NCBI GenBank assembly: GCA_963827655.1
Contig: CAWHCF010000052.1
Coordinates: 1-64,000, forward strand
DNA length: 64,000 bases
Source of the DNA: an uncultured Acidobacteriota bacterium
GTDB lineage: Bacteria > Acidobacteriota > UBA6911
Direction of reading: 5' to 3'
The stretch's first letter is position 1. The number at the start of each line of letters is the position of its first letter. The notes beneath the pieces are model-generated. The model saw nothing but the letters and a program-made list of their open reading frames with translations, was not told the DNA's origin and ran no database searches. The position numbers were made by a program, and so were the translations under genes. Of the stretch, positions 39,830 through 49,787 are shown piece after piece.

Positions 39830-40734
39830 AACGGCCACTGTCAGGGATCTTCCCACCCATCACGACTCCCTTCGATGCCGACGGCGAGATACAAGTCGAT
39901 CGTTTCAAGGCTAATCTCGAGCGATGGTCTGAGTTTGGCCTGGCGGGCTTGACCGTTCTCGGATCCAACGGAGAAAGTCCTTTCTTGTCGGATGACGAAA
40001 AGCTGCTCCTGGTGCGAGAGGCGCGCCCCCTGATCGGCCAGAACAAGATCATGATCGTAGGGGCGGGCAGGGAAGCCACTCGGGCAAGCGTACAGTTCAT
40101 ACGCAAGATTGCAGACCTGGGAGCCGATTACGCCCTGGTAGGCACTCCGTGCTATTTCAAGTCGAGCATGACGGATGAGGCTCTGTTCGCTCATTTCTGG
40201 AGCATTGCCGACAGGTCCCCGATTCCCGTCCTGATCTACAACGTGCCGCAGTTCACAGGCGTAAACACCAGCGCCGGCCTGATCGAACGACTTTCCAAAC
40301 ATGAATCTATTGCGGGCATCAAGGAGAGTTCCGGAAATCTTGTGCTGCAAGCCGACATCCGGCGCCGCACGCCGGAACGCTTCCAGCTTCTGGTAGGCTC
40401 TGCGGCGACTCTGCTGCCAAGCTTGATTCAAGGAGCGAGCGGGGGAGTGGTGGCGATTGCCTGCGCCCTTCCTGGACCGACCGTTGATCTCCACCGCGCC
40501 TTTGATGCGGGCGACTGGAAAAGAGCCGCCGAATTGCAGCGACTCTTGATTCCTCTTGCAACCGCGGTTACAACCCAGTATGGAATCGCGGGGTTGAAAG
40601 CCGCCATGGATCTGGCCGGTTTCTATGGTGGAGAGCCGCGGGCGCCGCTGCTTCCCCTCGGTCAATCAGAGCGAGCCGCTTTGAAGTCGATTTTCCAGGC
40701 GGCCGGCGTGCTGGAAGTCGCCCAGCATGTCTAG
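39826..40734 (+). CDS. DapA/NAL-family aldolase (HOGA-like)
   Basis: PPITTPF, GSNGE, IYNVP, GIKES. Confidence 0.88.
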   Translation: MKRPLSGIFPPITTPFDADGEIQVDRFKANLERWSEFGLAGLTVLGSNGESPFLSDDEKLLLVREARPLIGQNKIMIVGAGREATRASVQFIRKIADLGADYALVGTPCYFKSSMTDEALFAHFWSIADRSPIPVLIYNVPQFTGVNTSAGLIERLSKHESIAGIKESSGNLVLQADIRRRTPERFQLLVGSAATLLPSLIQGASGGVVAIACALPGPTVDLHRAFDAGDWKRAAELQRLLIPLATAVTTQYGIAGLKAAMDLAGFYGGEPRAPLLPLGQSERAALKSIFQAAGVLEVAQHV

Positions 40735-40755
40735 GCAGTTCGCCAAGCTGAATAC

Positions 40756-42279
40756 TTGAGAGTTCAAAATCTTCCTGGGTTTTCTAAGCTCCTAGCCGAT
40801 TATCTGGATCAGAGTCCGTCCATCCGCGCCTTCTTTCCTTGTCCTCTCAGCCGGGAATCACTCGTTTCCCACGCGGCCGAGATTCGTGCCCGAGCCTACC
40901 CGCGCGAAGAGATCTGCAAAGCGCTCGAAGATCAGGCAACCGAGTTTCGCAGCGGACCGAAGACGCGGGAGAATATCGCCCGGCTGCGAAGACGCGACAG
41001 CGTGGCCGTGGTCACGACGGCCTTTCCGGCATTATTTGGAGGGACCCTATCGGATTATCTGCAATGTCTCACCACCATCCGACTCGCCGATGCTCTGGAC
41101 CGGCAGGGTATTTCGGCAGTTCCCGTATTCTGGATCCGCCCCGAAACGACCCCGTCTGATCAGATCAGCTCGGTCCGATTGACCGAGGGAACGTGGCGCC
41201 TGGCCCTGGAAGGCGCTTCGAACGGGAACACTTCAGTCCCCCCGCAGATCAGCGGCCTGCTGGCCAGGCTCCGTGAGCTTGGTTCCGACAGAACCGAAGC
41301 CGGAGCCGAACTCCATGAGCTGCTCAGTGACGCGTATACTCCGGGGGTTCCCTTGTCGGTTGCGTTCGGACGCCTGTTGTCCGCTCTTATGGAGCGGTGG
41401 GGTCCGGTCCTGGTGGATCCGCGGAAAGCCGGGTTCGAGTCTCTGCACTTTCCGGTTTTGGACCGCTTTCAGCTAAACGCGAGGGAGATCGAATCTATCC
41501 TCGATTCCCGGCACGAACAAATATCTCGAGCAGGGTATTCGGTCGAGTGCCGCGGTTCCGATAATCAATCCTCGCTGGTTCGCAACCATGCCAGGTCCGG
41601 CTCCGACGACACCCATCAGCCGGAGAAGCCTGAGGAAAAGCTGGTCTTCAGTGGCGCCTTGCCCCCTATTCTCCAGCACTGGCTTCTCCCGGCCGTGGCA
41701 AGCGTAGCCGGGACGGACGAGCTGGATTGCCTTGCCGAGGCGATGCCCCTGTTTGATTATTTCGGACTGCAACCGCCGGTCGTCTGGCCCCGCGTCAGCG
41801 CGACAATCATGGACACGCGCACCAGAAAGATTCTGGAAAAATACCAGCTGCGTTTCGAGGACCTTTTCCACGGGCCTGAAGCGCTGCTGCAACAACTCCT
41901 GGACCGGAAGCTCAACCCCGATACGGTCGAGCGCTTCGACAGGCTCCGCGCCGAGGTGGAGAAGCGTCTGGGCGCGGTCGTGGCTGCCTTGCCGCCCGAG
42001 GACAAGAGCCTGAGCCCGGTCGTAGACACATCGCGCTCCAAGATCCTGTACCAGCTGGGAAAGCTCCAGGAAAGATTCGAAGCGGCGAGAACCCTGCGCA
42101 AGGAGGCCATGACCCGGCACCTGGATCGCCTGTGCAAGTCTCTGGCACCCGAGCGGCAGCTTCAGGAAAACATCGCGGGTGTGGAGTTCCTGCTTCGCTA
42201 CTCGCGCAGTCTTCTGACGGAACTATACGAAAAGATCGATGTGTGGAATCAAGAACACCAGATTGTCTCTATTGACTGA
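40756..42279 (+). CDS. bshC: Divergent BshC-like protein
   Basis: Overall BshC layout (SKLLADY, VPVFW, LLP, PVVWPRVSAT, coiled coil, LQE), upstream of bshB1; core motifs altered. Confidence 0.75.
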   Translation: MRVQNLPGFSKLLADYLDQSPSIRAFFPCPLSRESLVSHAAEIRARAYPREEICKALEDQATEFRSGPKTRENIARLRRRDSVAVVTTAFPALFGGTLSDYLQCLTTIRLADALDRQGISAVPVFWIRPETTPSDQISSVRLTEGTWRLALEGASNGNTSVPPQISGLLARLRELGSDRTEAGAELHELLSDAYTPGVPLSVAFGRLLSALMERWGPVLVDPRKAGFESLHFPVLDRFQLNAREIESILDSRHEQISRAGYSVECRGSDNQSSLVRNHARSGSDDTHQPEKPEEKLVFSGALPPILQHWLLPAVASVAGTDELDCLAEAMPLFDYFGLQPPVVWPRVSATIMDTRTRKILEKYQLRFEDLFHGPEALLQQLLDRKLNPDTVERFDRLRAEVEKRLGAVVAALPPEDKSLSPVVDTSRSKILYQLGKLQERFEAARTLRKEAMTRHLDRLCKSLAPERQLQENIAGVEFLLRYSRSLLTELYEKIDVWNQEHQIVSID

Positions 42280-42282
42280 GCC

Positions 42283-43011
42283 ATGCAGCTAGACATCCTG
42301 GCCTTTGGCGCGCATCCGGATGATGTCGAGCTCTATGCGGCCGGAACTCTGGCCAAGATGGCGGCGCGTGGTTATGCCACCGGGATAGTCGACATGACTC
42401 GCGGTGAACTGGGGACTCGCGGAACGCCGGCGCTGCGGGCCCGCGAAGCCAGGGAGGCCGCGCGGGTTCTCGGGCTCAAGGTCCGCGAGAACCTGGGACT
42501 CCCCGATGGCAGAATTCCGGTTACGCCACAATCCCGTCTCCTGGTGATTCGGATGCTGAGGAAGTACCGACCTGAAGTAGTGCTGGTGCATCATTGGGAC
42601 GAACGGCATCCCGATCACACCAGCACCAGTCACCTGGTCACCCAGGCGGCGCACCACGCGGGCCTGGCAAAAATCCAGACCGGGCAGAGACGGTTCCGCC
42701 CCAACTCCATTCTCTATTACATGCTGCCGGCTCATCAGCTTCCAAGTTTTGTGGTCGATGTCTCGGATTTCACCGAGCAGCGCCAAGCGGCAATTCGAAG
42801 CTACCGATCCCAGTTATTCGACCCTGAGAGGCGCGAACCTGCCACGTACCTCAGCCATCCCGACTTCTTGACACAGGTGGAAAACATTCACTCCTACTAC
42901 GGCGCGCTGATCGGGAAGGCCAGAGGAGAAGGGTTTTATACCAGGGGCATACTGGAAGTACTCGACCCGGTCGATTTTTTCAAGCAACAGGCAAGGAACC
43001 GGTTACGATAA
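42283..43011 (+). CDS. bshB1: Bacillithiol biosynthesis deacetylase BshB1
   Basis: AHPDDVE, TRGELGTRG, RHPDH, YRSQ. Confidence 0.93.
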   Translation: MQLDILAFGAHPDDVELYAAGTLAKMAARGYATGIVDMTRGELGTRGTPALRAREAREAARVLGLKVRENLGLPDGRIPVTPQSRLLVIRMLRKYRPEVVLVHHWDERHPDHTSTSHLVTQAAHHAGLAKIQTGQRRFRPNSILYYMLPAHQLPSFVVDVSDFTEQRQAAIRSYRSQLFDPERREPATYLSHPDFLTQVENIHSYYGALIGKARGEGFYTRGILEVLDPVDFFKQQARNRLR

Positions 43012-43113
43012 AGAACACGTTATAAGCGAGGCGCTTTACGTCAGTATCAAGAAGATTTACGATAGAAAAGCTTGAGGAATGGTTTCCGGAACAGACCTAG
43101 ATTTTGAGGCACT

Positions 43114-43681
43114 ATGACGAGATTGATGTTGTATACCGTGGTGCTGGCGTCGCTCCTGCAGCTGAACCCGCCGCTCCTCTTCCGCGGCGACAGTCGCCGC
43201 CCTGACTCTCGATACTCTGATTGAGAAATCAGAATACGTGGTCTACGGGCGCGCCGTTGGAACCAGGAGTTTTTGGGATCCGGCGACCAGCACCATCTGG
43301 ACGGAGACGGAGCTTCTGGTTTTCGACGGCGCAAAGGGCCGGGCGGGGAAAACGATCTTGATAACGGAGCCCGGCGGAGTTCTTGGAGACATAGCGCACC
43401 TGTTCCCGGGTATGCCGAGGTTTGTCGGCGGCGAAGAAGTGGTGCTCTTCTTGTACAGCGCCCCTGGGAACCGAATACGGGTGCTCGGGTTGCGGCAAGG
43501 TGTCTACGACGTGCTTCGCGACCGGGATTCGGGAGAGAGAATCGTACGTCCGGCGGTCGAGCACCCCGAGTTGATCGTTCCCGACCATCGGATAGCTTTA
43601 CGTTCGGACCCCGGACAGTCAAGGCCCAGGCGATTGAGTGAATTCCTCGACTCCGTTCGCGAGAGGGTTTCGAATCGATGA
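43114..43681 (+). CDS. Secreted hypothetical protein, frameshift near 43180
   Basis: Signal peptide then ATVAALTLDTLIEKSEYVVYG...PGG...GMPRF..GEEVVLFL. Confidence 0.7.
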
Positions 43682-46386
43682 GCGACCGCAGTAGAGTGCG
43701 CAGCTGTTTACGATGGCTCCTCCTGCTCCCGATTTCTGCAGGGATCGCCGGTTCCGTCTTCGCCTATGTTCCGATTCGTTGGGGATCCAATGGGGTTCGC
43801 GTGACCGTACCCCTGAACCGGTTCCCGCTCCAGTTTCAAATCAGCGAGGCCACCGCCAAGGGAACTGCTAACCTGGCGCCGGGGAGTGAAGCGTTAACGG
43901 CCTTCAGGGCCGCGCTGGGCGCCTGGCAGAGCATTCCGACCGCCTCAATACGATTTGCCGATCTTCAGTTTACCTCCATGGAGTCGTCAGATTCGCGCGA
44001 TGGAACCACTCTGATCACAATGGCCGACACGCCGGCTAACACGGAAGTCGTGGGGGGTGCCAACGGCGCATTGGCGGTTACGCGTCTGGTTTTCGATACG
44101 CGCACCGGACGAATTCTTGAAAGCGACATAGTATTCAATCCGAAAATCAAGTTCTCCACCAACCTGGAGCCCGGCACTTACGATTTGCAGGCGGTAGCAA
44201 CGCACGAGGTCGGTCATGCCCTCGGTCTCGACCACGGACCGGCCCAGAATGACACGATGTTTTGGAGCACGCGCGAGCGGCGATTCTTCCCTCGAAATCT
44301 ATCAGTGGACTCCACGGCATTCGCGAGTTCGACCTATCCGAGCAACCCGCCTGCAGCTGCGCTCGGGAGTATATCCGGGCGCGTTACCTCAGACGGACAC
44401 GGGGTCTTCGGAGCCTCCGTGACTGCGGTCGACACGGAGCACAACCTGGTTTACACGGCTCTAACGGAGCCCGACGGAAGCTACGTCATAGCCGGTCCCA
44501 TTAGCGGCAAGTATGTGATTTATGCGGAGCCGCTGGATGGCCCGTCAGGACTGAACAGCTTGTTGGCGTCAGGAACCGACGCTTACTACAAGGACATCAA
44601 CACTTCGTTCAAAACGACTTTCCGCGAGGGTCTGGAAAGCGTTGTGCCGGGCAAATCCGCCGTTGATCTTTCGGTTCCCGGCGGCTCCGCCGCCCTCAAC
44701 ATCAATCGAATGGGGCGAGGCGATCCCAATACAGGATCTGGTTTTCTGGGTGTCGGGGCGGTCGAGGTCTACCCAGGAGAGAACGTGAGTCTTTGGATCG
44801 GCGGCCCCGAAACCTGGCTGGCCGCGAGCATCGACGATATAGCAATCCTTGGCACGGGTGTGACCATAGATCGTTCCAGAGGTCTGGGTCTTCTCAAAAC
44901 ATCCAGCGGTACCAACGCCGGTCTGGCGGTTTCGATTCGCGTGGCTCCCGATGCAGCGCCGGGTCCGCGCACGGTCACCATCCGGGCAGGAGATGAACGG
45001 GTAGCGAGCACCGGAGGCATCGTGGTGACCGCGCGCAGCCTTCCGGTTCGCACGCTATACATTCCATACCTCTTCTCAAGTCCCGAACAGTACACGGGTA
45101 TGGCGTTGGCCAACCCCTCATCCACGCCGGCCGTTGTGCGGGTTGTGAGCAAGAACAATGATGGAAACTTGATTCACGGCCAGGACGCGATTGTTCCAGC
45201 CGAACTGAGTATCGCCGCCGGAGCCCAGATTGCAAGACTGGAACGCCAGCTCTTTAACCTGCCCGCTTCGACCCAGCAGACGGGTTCCATGACCATTGAA
45301 TCTGACAGCAGGGATCTGCAAGGCCTCTTCTTAACGGGCCATCTCAATGGCTCCTTGATGGATGGCGCCGAGGCCTTCACCCGCGCTTACCGGGAGCTTT
45401 ACTTTACCGATGTTCTGCAAAACTCGAATACCGCCACCGAGATCCATCTGATGAACGTCAAGACTGAAGCGCTCAAGGTCGACCTTCTCCTGATGGGCTC
45501 GAACGGGGGGGTACTGAGCGCGGTAACGCGCACGATTCCCGCAGGAGGGAAGATCGGGGAAACGATTTCAACTATCTTCTCTTACGGCGCAGAACTCTCT
45601 TCGGCTCACGTGAAAGCTGTTGCTCCGGAAGAGGCCCTCGCCGGATTCGAGCTTATCCGCCAGAGCGACACAGTCTTCGGCGTCAATGCTCAGCCCCCCG
45701 AAAACGCAGCATCCATGCTCCACGCCGCTCAGCTGGCGGCGGGAACTCTGGGAGTGAACTACAGCACAAGGTTCAACATCATAAACGTGGGCGACGCTCC
45801 TGCCGCAGTCGCGTTCACGGTGTTCGACAACAGCGGGCAGATTCTGCGCTCACCCGGCGCCGATACCACCAGGACGATAGCGCGAGGGGGAAACCTGAGT
45901 TTTGACGCGCAGTCGTTCTTCGGACTCGCCGGCAGCCTCCAGGGTTATGTCCGCATCGCCGCCCAATCAGGCTCCAAGTTACTCGGCAGCATCGTTTTTG
46001 GCGACCGCGACCCTACCCGGGGCCGTGTGAGTTTTGGCGCTTCGCTTCCACTCGCGAGCGCCGGATCCACTTCCTTCTTGTTTTCACAGGTGGCTCAAGT
46101 TTCAGGCATGTACACCGGCGTCGCTCTCCTCGCGCTGGAAGGGGGCGACGTCACGGTGGATGTTTTCCGGGAAGATGGTACCCGCAGCGGAACCAGGTCG
46201 TTCACGATGGCGGCTGGATCGCGGATGATTTCGGTTCTGGAAGACCTCGTTCCGACTACAAGAAACCAGTCGGGTGGTTATGTCAGGATCACATCGTCCA
46301 AACCGGTGATTGGATTCGAGCTCTTCGGTTCCAGCGATGGGCGGTTCCTTTCCGCCGTTCCGCCGCAGAGGACCGGAAGTCCCTAA
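43678..46386 (+). CDS. Matrixin-family metalloprotease with carboxypeptidase-regulatory and beta-sandwich domains
   Basis: Signal peptide, HEVGHALGLDH, Met-turn DTM, GSISGRVT. Confidence 0.88.
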   Translation: MSDRSRVRSCLRWLLLLPISAGIAGSVFAYVPIRWGSNGVRVTVPLNRFPLQFQISEATAKGTANLAPGSEALTAFRAALGAWQSIPTASIRFADLQFTSMESSDSRDGTTLITMADTPANTEVVGGANGALAVTRLVFDTRTGRILESDIVFNPKIKFSTNLEPGTYDLQAVATHEVGHALGLDHGPAQNDTMFWSTRERRFFPRNLSVDSTAFASSTYPSNPPAAALGSISGRVTSDGHGVFGASVTAVDTEHNLVYTALTEPDGSYVIAGPISGKYVIYAEPLDGPSGLNSLLASGTDAYYKDINTSFKTTFREGLESVVPGKSAVDLSVPGGSAALNINRMGRGDPNTGSGFLGVGAVEVYPGENVSLWIGGPETWLAASIDDIAILGTGVTIDRSRGLGLLKTSSGTNAGLAVSIRVAPDAAPGPRTVTIRAGDERVASTGGIVVTARSLPVRTLYIPYLFSSPEQYTGMALANPSSTPAVVRVVSKNNDGNLIHGQDAIVPAELSIAAGAQIARLERQLFNLPASTQQTGSMTIESDSRDLQGLFLTGHLNGSLMDGAEAFTRAYRELYFTDVLQNSNTATEIHLMNVKTEALKVDLLLMGSNGGVLSAVTRTIPAGGKIGETISTIFSYGAELSSAHVKAVAPEEALAGFELIRQSDTVFGVNAQPPENAASMLHAAQLAAGTLGVNYSTRFNIINVGDAPAAVAFTVFDNSGQILRSPGADTTRTIARGGNLSFDAQSFFGLAGSLQGYVRIAAQSGSKLLGSIVFGDRDPTRGRVSFGASLPLASAGSTSFLFSQVAQVSGMYTGVALLALEGGDVTVDVFREDGTRSGTRSFTMAAGSRMISVLEDLVPTTRNQSGGYVRITSSKPVIGFELFGSSDGRFLSAVPPQRTGSP

Positions 46387-46460
46387 TCACCGACAAGACT
46401 CAAAGGCGCAGAGCGATCTCGGGGATCGTGATCAACTGAACTCGGAGAACTTTAGTACTG

Positions 46461-46469
46461 TGCTATAAT
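46461..46469 (+). promoter_or_regulatory. Extended -10 promoter element
   Basis: TGCTATAAT 30 bp upstream of the sugar transferase. Confidence 0.55.
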
Positions 46470-46499
46470 CGTGCCCCTTTTTCGGGGTCGCCGGTTGTC

Positions 46500-47942
46500 A
46501 TGTTCCGAGCACACGCGAAGCTGATCACTGCTCTTCAGTTTTTCACCGACCTTTTCCTCTCTGCCGCGGCGTTTGCCCTGGCGTATTTCACGCGGACCCA
46601 CTTGGCCAAGGTGGTCCCACCGGGTTTGGAGAGCCTGCTGAACCCAATTCTGAACCCCCTGAGCTCCTACATCTGGATCCTGCTTCTGGCGCTTGGCTGG
46701 TGGGCTGTATCGGCATACTCGCTCGGGCTTTACCGTCTTTCGATGCGTCGATCGTATGCCGAAAGAATCCGAACGGTTCTGGAAAGCTCCCTGGTGCTGG
46801 GTTTATTCCTGGGCTTTCTTTCTTTTGCCCTGAGGCTGAATGTCAGCCGGCCGCTCATTTTTCTTTTCGTATTCTATCAGGCTGTAATCCTGACGCTGGC
46901 GCGCCTGCTATTAGCTCTGCATGCCAAAGGGAGCGCGCACCCGTCGGAAGCTCAGCGGAATATTGTCATCGTGGGCGACGGCTCGAAAGCTCGTGAAATG
47001 GGAGCATTGATCTCGAGCTATTCAGACTGGGGACTTGGAATCCTTGGCTACGTCGCGGTAAATGACGCCGGTACTAGAAGGAAAAGCCGGCAAGACGACG
47101 TGTTGGGAACCATTTCCGACATTCCTCGGATCATCGCGGATAATGTGGTCGACGAGATTATTTTTGTCGGCAGCGAGCCCGGCGACCTGGGTTCGTTCGA
47201 GGACGTCCTGCTCGCCTGCCGGGAGCAAGGGATCAGGACGCGTCTGGCGGCGGATTTCTTCCCGGCCAAGGTGTCCACTGTCTCGATGGAGTTCCTCGAG
47301 AACGTTCCGCTGATCACATTCAGCACGACCCCCGACCACCCGCTCTCTCTTTTCGTGAAGCGCGCCATGGACGTGGTTTTTTCCATTCTTCTGCTGATGG
47401 CCTCGCTCCCCCTGATGATCCTGGTCGGGCTTCTGGTGAAACTGACATCCAAAGGTCCGATTATCTACAGCCAAGTCCGCTGCGGACTTTATGGCCGCAA
47501 GTTCGTGCTCTACAAATTCCGGAGTATGCAAGAGGGCGCCCAGGATGTGCTCTGGGAGATCAAGCATCTGAACGAAATGGACGGACCGGTCTTCAAGATG
47601 CGCTTGGACCCCAGGGTCACGGTTCTGGGCAGGTTCCTTAGAAAGTATTCGATCGATGAGTGGCCTCAGTTCTGGAATGTGTTGAAAGGGGATATGAGCC
47701 TGGTTGGGCCGCGCGCTCCCCTGCCGGAGGAAGTTCTAGAGTACACCCGGTGGCAGCGTCGGCGGCTCTCGGTCAAGCCGGGGATCACCTGCTTGTGGCA
47801 AGTCTCGGGGCGCAACGAGATCGATTTTCATGAATGGATGAAGCTCGACCTGCACTACATCGATAATTGGTCGCTACTGCTCGACCTTAAGATACTGTTG
47901 CGTACGTTTCCAGTGGTCCTTTTCGGCAAAGGAGCCCGGTAG
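46500..47942 (+). CDS. Polyprenyl glycosylphosphotransferase (WcaJ-like)
   Basis: KRAMD, KFRSM, DPRVT..GRFLRKYSIDE, GDMSLVGPR, KPGIT. Confidence 0.95.
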   Translation: MFRAHAKLITALQFFTDLFLSAAAFALAYFTRTHLAKVVPPGLESLLNPILNPLSSYIWILLLALGWWAVSAYSLGLYRLSMRRSYAERIRTVLESSLVLGLFLGFLSFALRLNVSRPLIFLFVFYQAVILTLARLLLALHAKGSAHPSEAQRNIVIVGDGSKAREMGALISSYSDWGLGILGYVAVNDAGTRRKSRQDDVLGTISDIPRIIADNVVDEIIFVGSEPGDLGSFEDVLLACREQGIRTRLAADFFPAKVSTVSMEFLENVPLITFSTTPDHPLSLFVKRAMDVVFSILLLMASLPLMILVGLLVKLTSKGPIIYSQVRCGLYGRKFVLYKFRSMQEGAQDVLWEIKHLNEMDGPVFKMRLDPRVTVLGRFLRKYSIDEWPQFWNVLKGDMSLVGPRAPLPEEVLEYTRWQRRRLSVKPGITCLWQVSGRNEIDFHEWMKLDLHYIDNWSLLLDLKILLRTFPVVLFGKGAR

Positions 47943-47944
47943 GC

Positions 47945-48008
47945 CGATTGACGATTTACGATTGACGATTGGCGATTGGGTCAATCTGCAATCCGAAATC
48001 CGCAATCG
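47945..48008. repeat. Heptamer repeats in both orientations overlapping an ABC gene 3' end
   Basis: CGATTGA-type units followed by AATCTGC AATCCGA AATCCGC. Confidence 0.8.
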
Positions 48009-49782
48009 GTAGTTGGTCCTTGTACTGCAGTTGATACAGCTTCCAGTAAATCCCTTTCAGCTTGAGTAACTCCTGATGAGTCCCCATCTCGCGGATGCGG
48101 CCGCGATGAACAACGATGATCCGATCCGCACTCTGAATGGTTGACAGACGATGCGCAATGATGATGGAGGTTCGCCCGGCAAGGAGCTTTTCCAGAGCGT
48201 CGCGAATGAGGATTTCCGTATCGGTGTCGATACTGGAAGTGGCCTCGTCCAGGACCAGAATCTTGGGGTTGTGGGCCAGGGCCCGGGCAAATGCCAGGAG
48301 CTGTTTCTGTCCCACCGAAAGCGTGGCGCCTCGCTCTCCGACCTTGGCGCTGTAGCCTCCCTTCAGGCGCTCGATGAACCGGGAAGCATGGGCGGTCTCC
48401 GCCGCCCAACGGACCTGCTGATCCGTTATACGCTCGCTTCCGAGACGAATGTTCTCGGCTATGTTTCCGGAAAAGAGGAAGACATCCTGCAGCACGATGC
48501 CTACGGAACGCCGCAGACCCTGGAGGTTGTAATCGCGTATGTCGACGTTGTCGACCAGGATTTCGCCTTTTTGAACGTCGTAGAAGCGGCTCAGCAGGTT
48601 TATGATCGTGGACTTGCCGGCTCCCGTGGCCCCCACCAACGCGACCCTTTCACCCGGTTCGACCTTGAACGAAATGTCGTCTAGAACCGCGTCCCCGGGG
48701 TTGTAAGCAAAGCTGACCCCGCGAAACTCGACCCGTCCTTCCTGAATTGTGCTTGCTTTGGGCTCTGGCGGCGAGACAATCGCGGGAGGCGTGTCCAGCA
48801 GTTTGAAAATACGTTCTGAAGAGGCCATCGCCGACTGAAGAATGGTGTACTTTTCGCTCAGGTCTGAAATCGGACGAAAGAACCTCTCGGAATACTGAAC
48901 GAATGCAACCAGCGCCCCGAGTGTCAGAGTGCCCTCGAAGACCCGGAGCCCGCCGTACCAGACGATCAGGGCAATTGCCAAAGCTCCCAGCAGTTCGAGC
49001 AAGGGGAAAAAGACGGCATAGTAAAAGATTGATTGCAGGTTGGCATTCAGATGCTCGCGATTGATTCCGGTGAAGCGCGTGTATTGCTTTTTTTCCTGGA
49101 CGAACAGCTGCACGACCGAAGTCCCGGTGATGTTCTCCTGCAGAAAAGCGCTGATGCGCGCAATGGCCGTCCGCACACGGCGGAACGAGTCGCGTACCTT
49201 AAGTTTGAACACGAAGGTCACGAGAAAAAGCAGGGGAACGACGGAGAATATTGTCAGGGCCAGCTTGAAGTCGATCAGGAAAAGAATGACGACGATACCC
49301 GCGAGAGTGCAGACGTCTCCGAAGACGGAGATGACCCCCGATGTAAACAGCTCGTTCAACGTGTCGACGTCCGTGGTGACGCGCGTCATGAGTCGGCCCA
49401 CCGGATTTCGGTCGAAAAAAGCGACCTCCAGTCTCTGCAAGTGCCGAAACAGCTGCACTCTCAGGTCATACATGATTCTCTGGCCCATCAGGTTCATTAC
49501 CCAGGTTTGGCCAAAGCTAAGCGCAAAGACCGCGATCAATATCACGAGGTAAAGAGCCCCGATCCGGTTCAACCCGGCCAGGTCGCCGTTGCGAATATTC
49601 TGATCGATGGCGATCTTGGTCAGGTAGGGGGGAACTACGGCAAGAGACGAAGCGGCGATTATGTACAGTATGGCGAGCGCGGCTGATCTCCGGTAGGGCG
49701 CAACGTAGGTCAGCAGCCGCTTCATAAGACGGGCGTCATAAGCCTTGCCGAGTACCTGTTCCTCGCGATGATCCGGTTCCAT
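47956..49782 (-). CDS. ABC exporter permease/ATPase (MdlB/YheH-like)
   Basis: TM domain, GATGAGKS, LSVGQKQ, LDEAT. Confidence 0.95.
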   Translation of the reverse strand: MEPDHREEQVLGKAYDARLMKRLLTYVAPYRRSAALAILYIIAASSLAVVPPYLTKIAIDQNIRNGDLAGLNRIGALYLVILIAVFALSFGQTWVMNLMGQRIMYDLRVQLFRHLQRLEVAFFDRNPVGRLMTRVTTDVDTLNELFTSGVISVFGDVCTLAGIVVILFLIDFKLALTIFSVVPLLFLVTFVFKLKVRDSFRRVRTAIARISAFLQENITGTSVVQLFVQEKKQYTRFTGINREHLNANLQSIFYYAVFFPLLELLGALAIALIVWYGGLRVFEGTLTLGALVAFVQYSERFFRPISDLSEKYTILQSAMASSERIFKLLDTPPAIVSPPEPKASTIQEGRVEFRGVSFAYNPGDAVLDDISFKVEPGERVALVGATGAGKSTIINLLSRFYDVQKGEILVDNVDIRDYNLQGLRRSVGIVLQDVFLFSGNIAENIRLGSERITDQQVRWAAETAHASRFIERLKGGYSAKVGERGATLSVGQKQLLAFARALAHNPKILVLDEATSSIDTDTEILIRDALEKLLAGRTSIIIAHRLSTIQSADRIIVVHRGRIREMGTHQELLKLKGIYWKLYQLQYKDQLPIADFGLQIDPIANRQS

Positions 49783-49787
49783 GCGCC

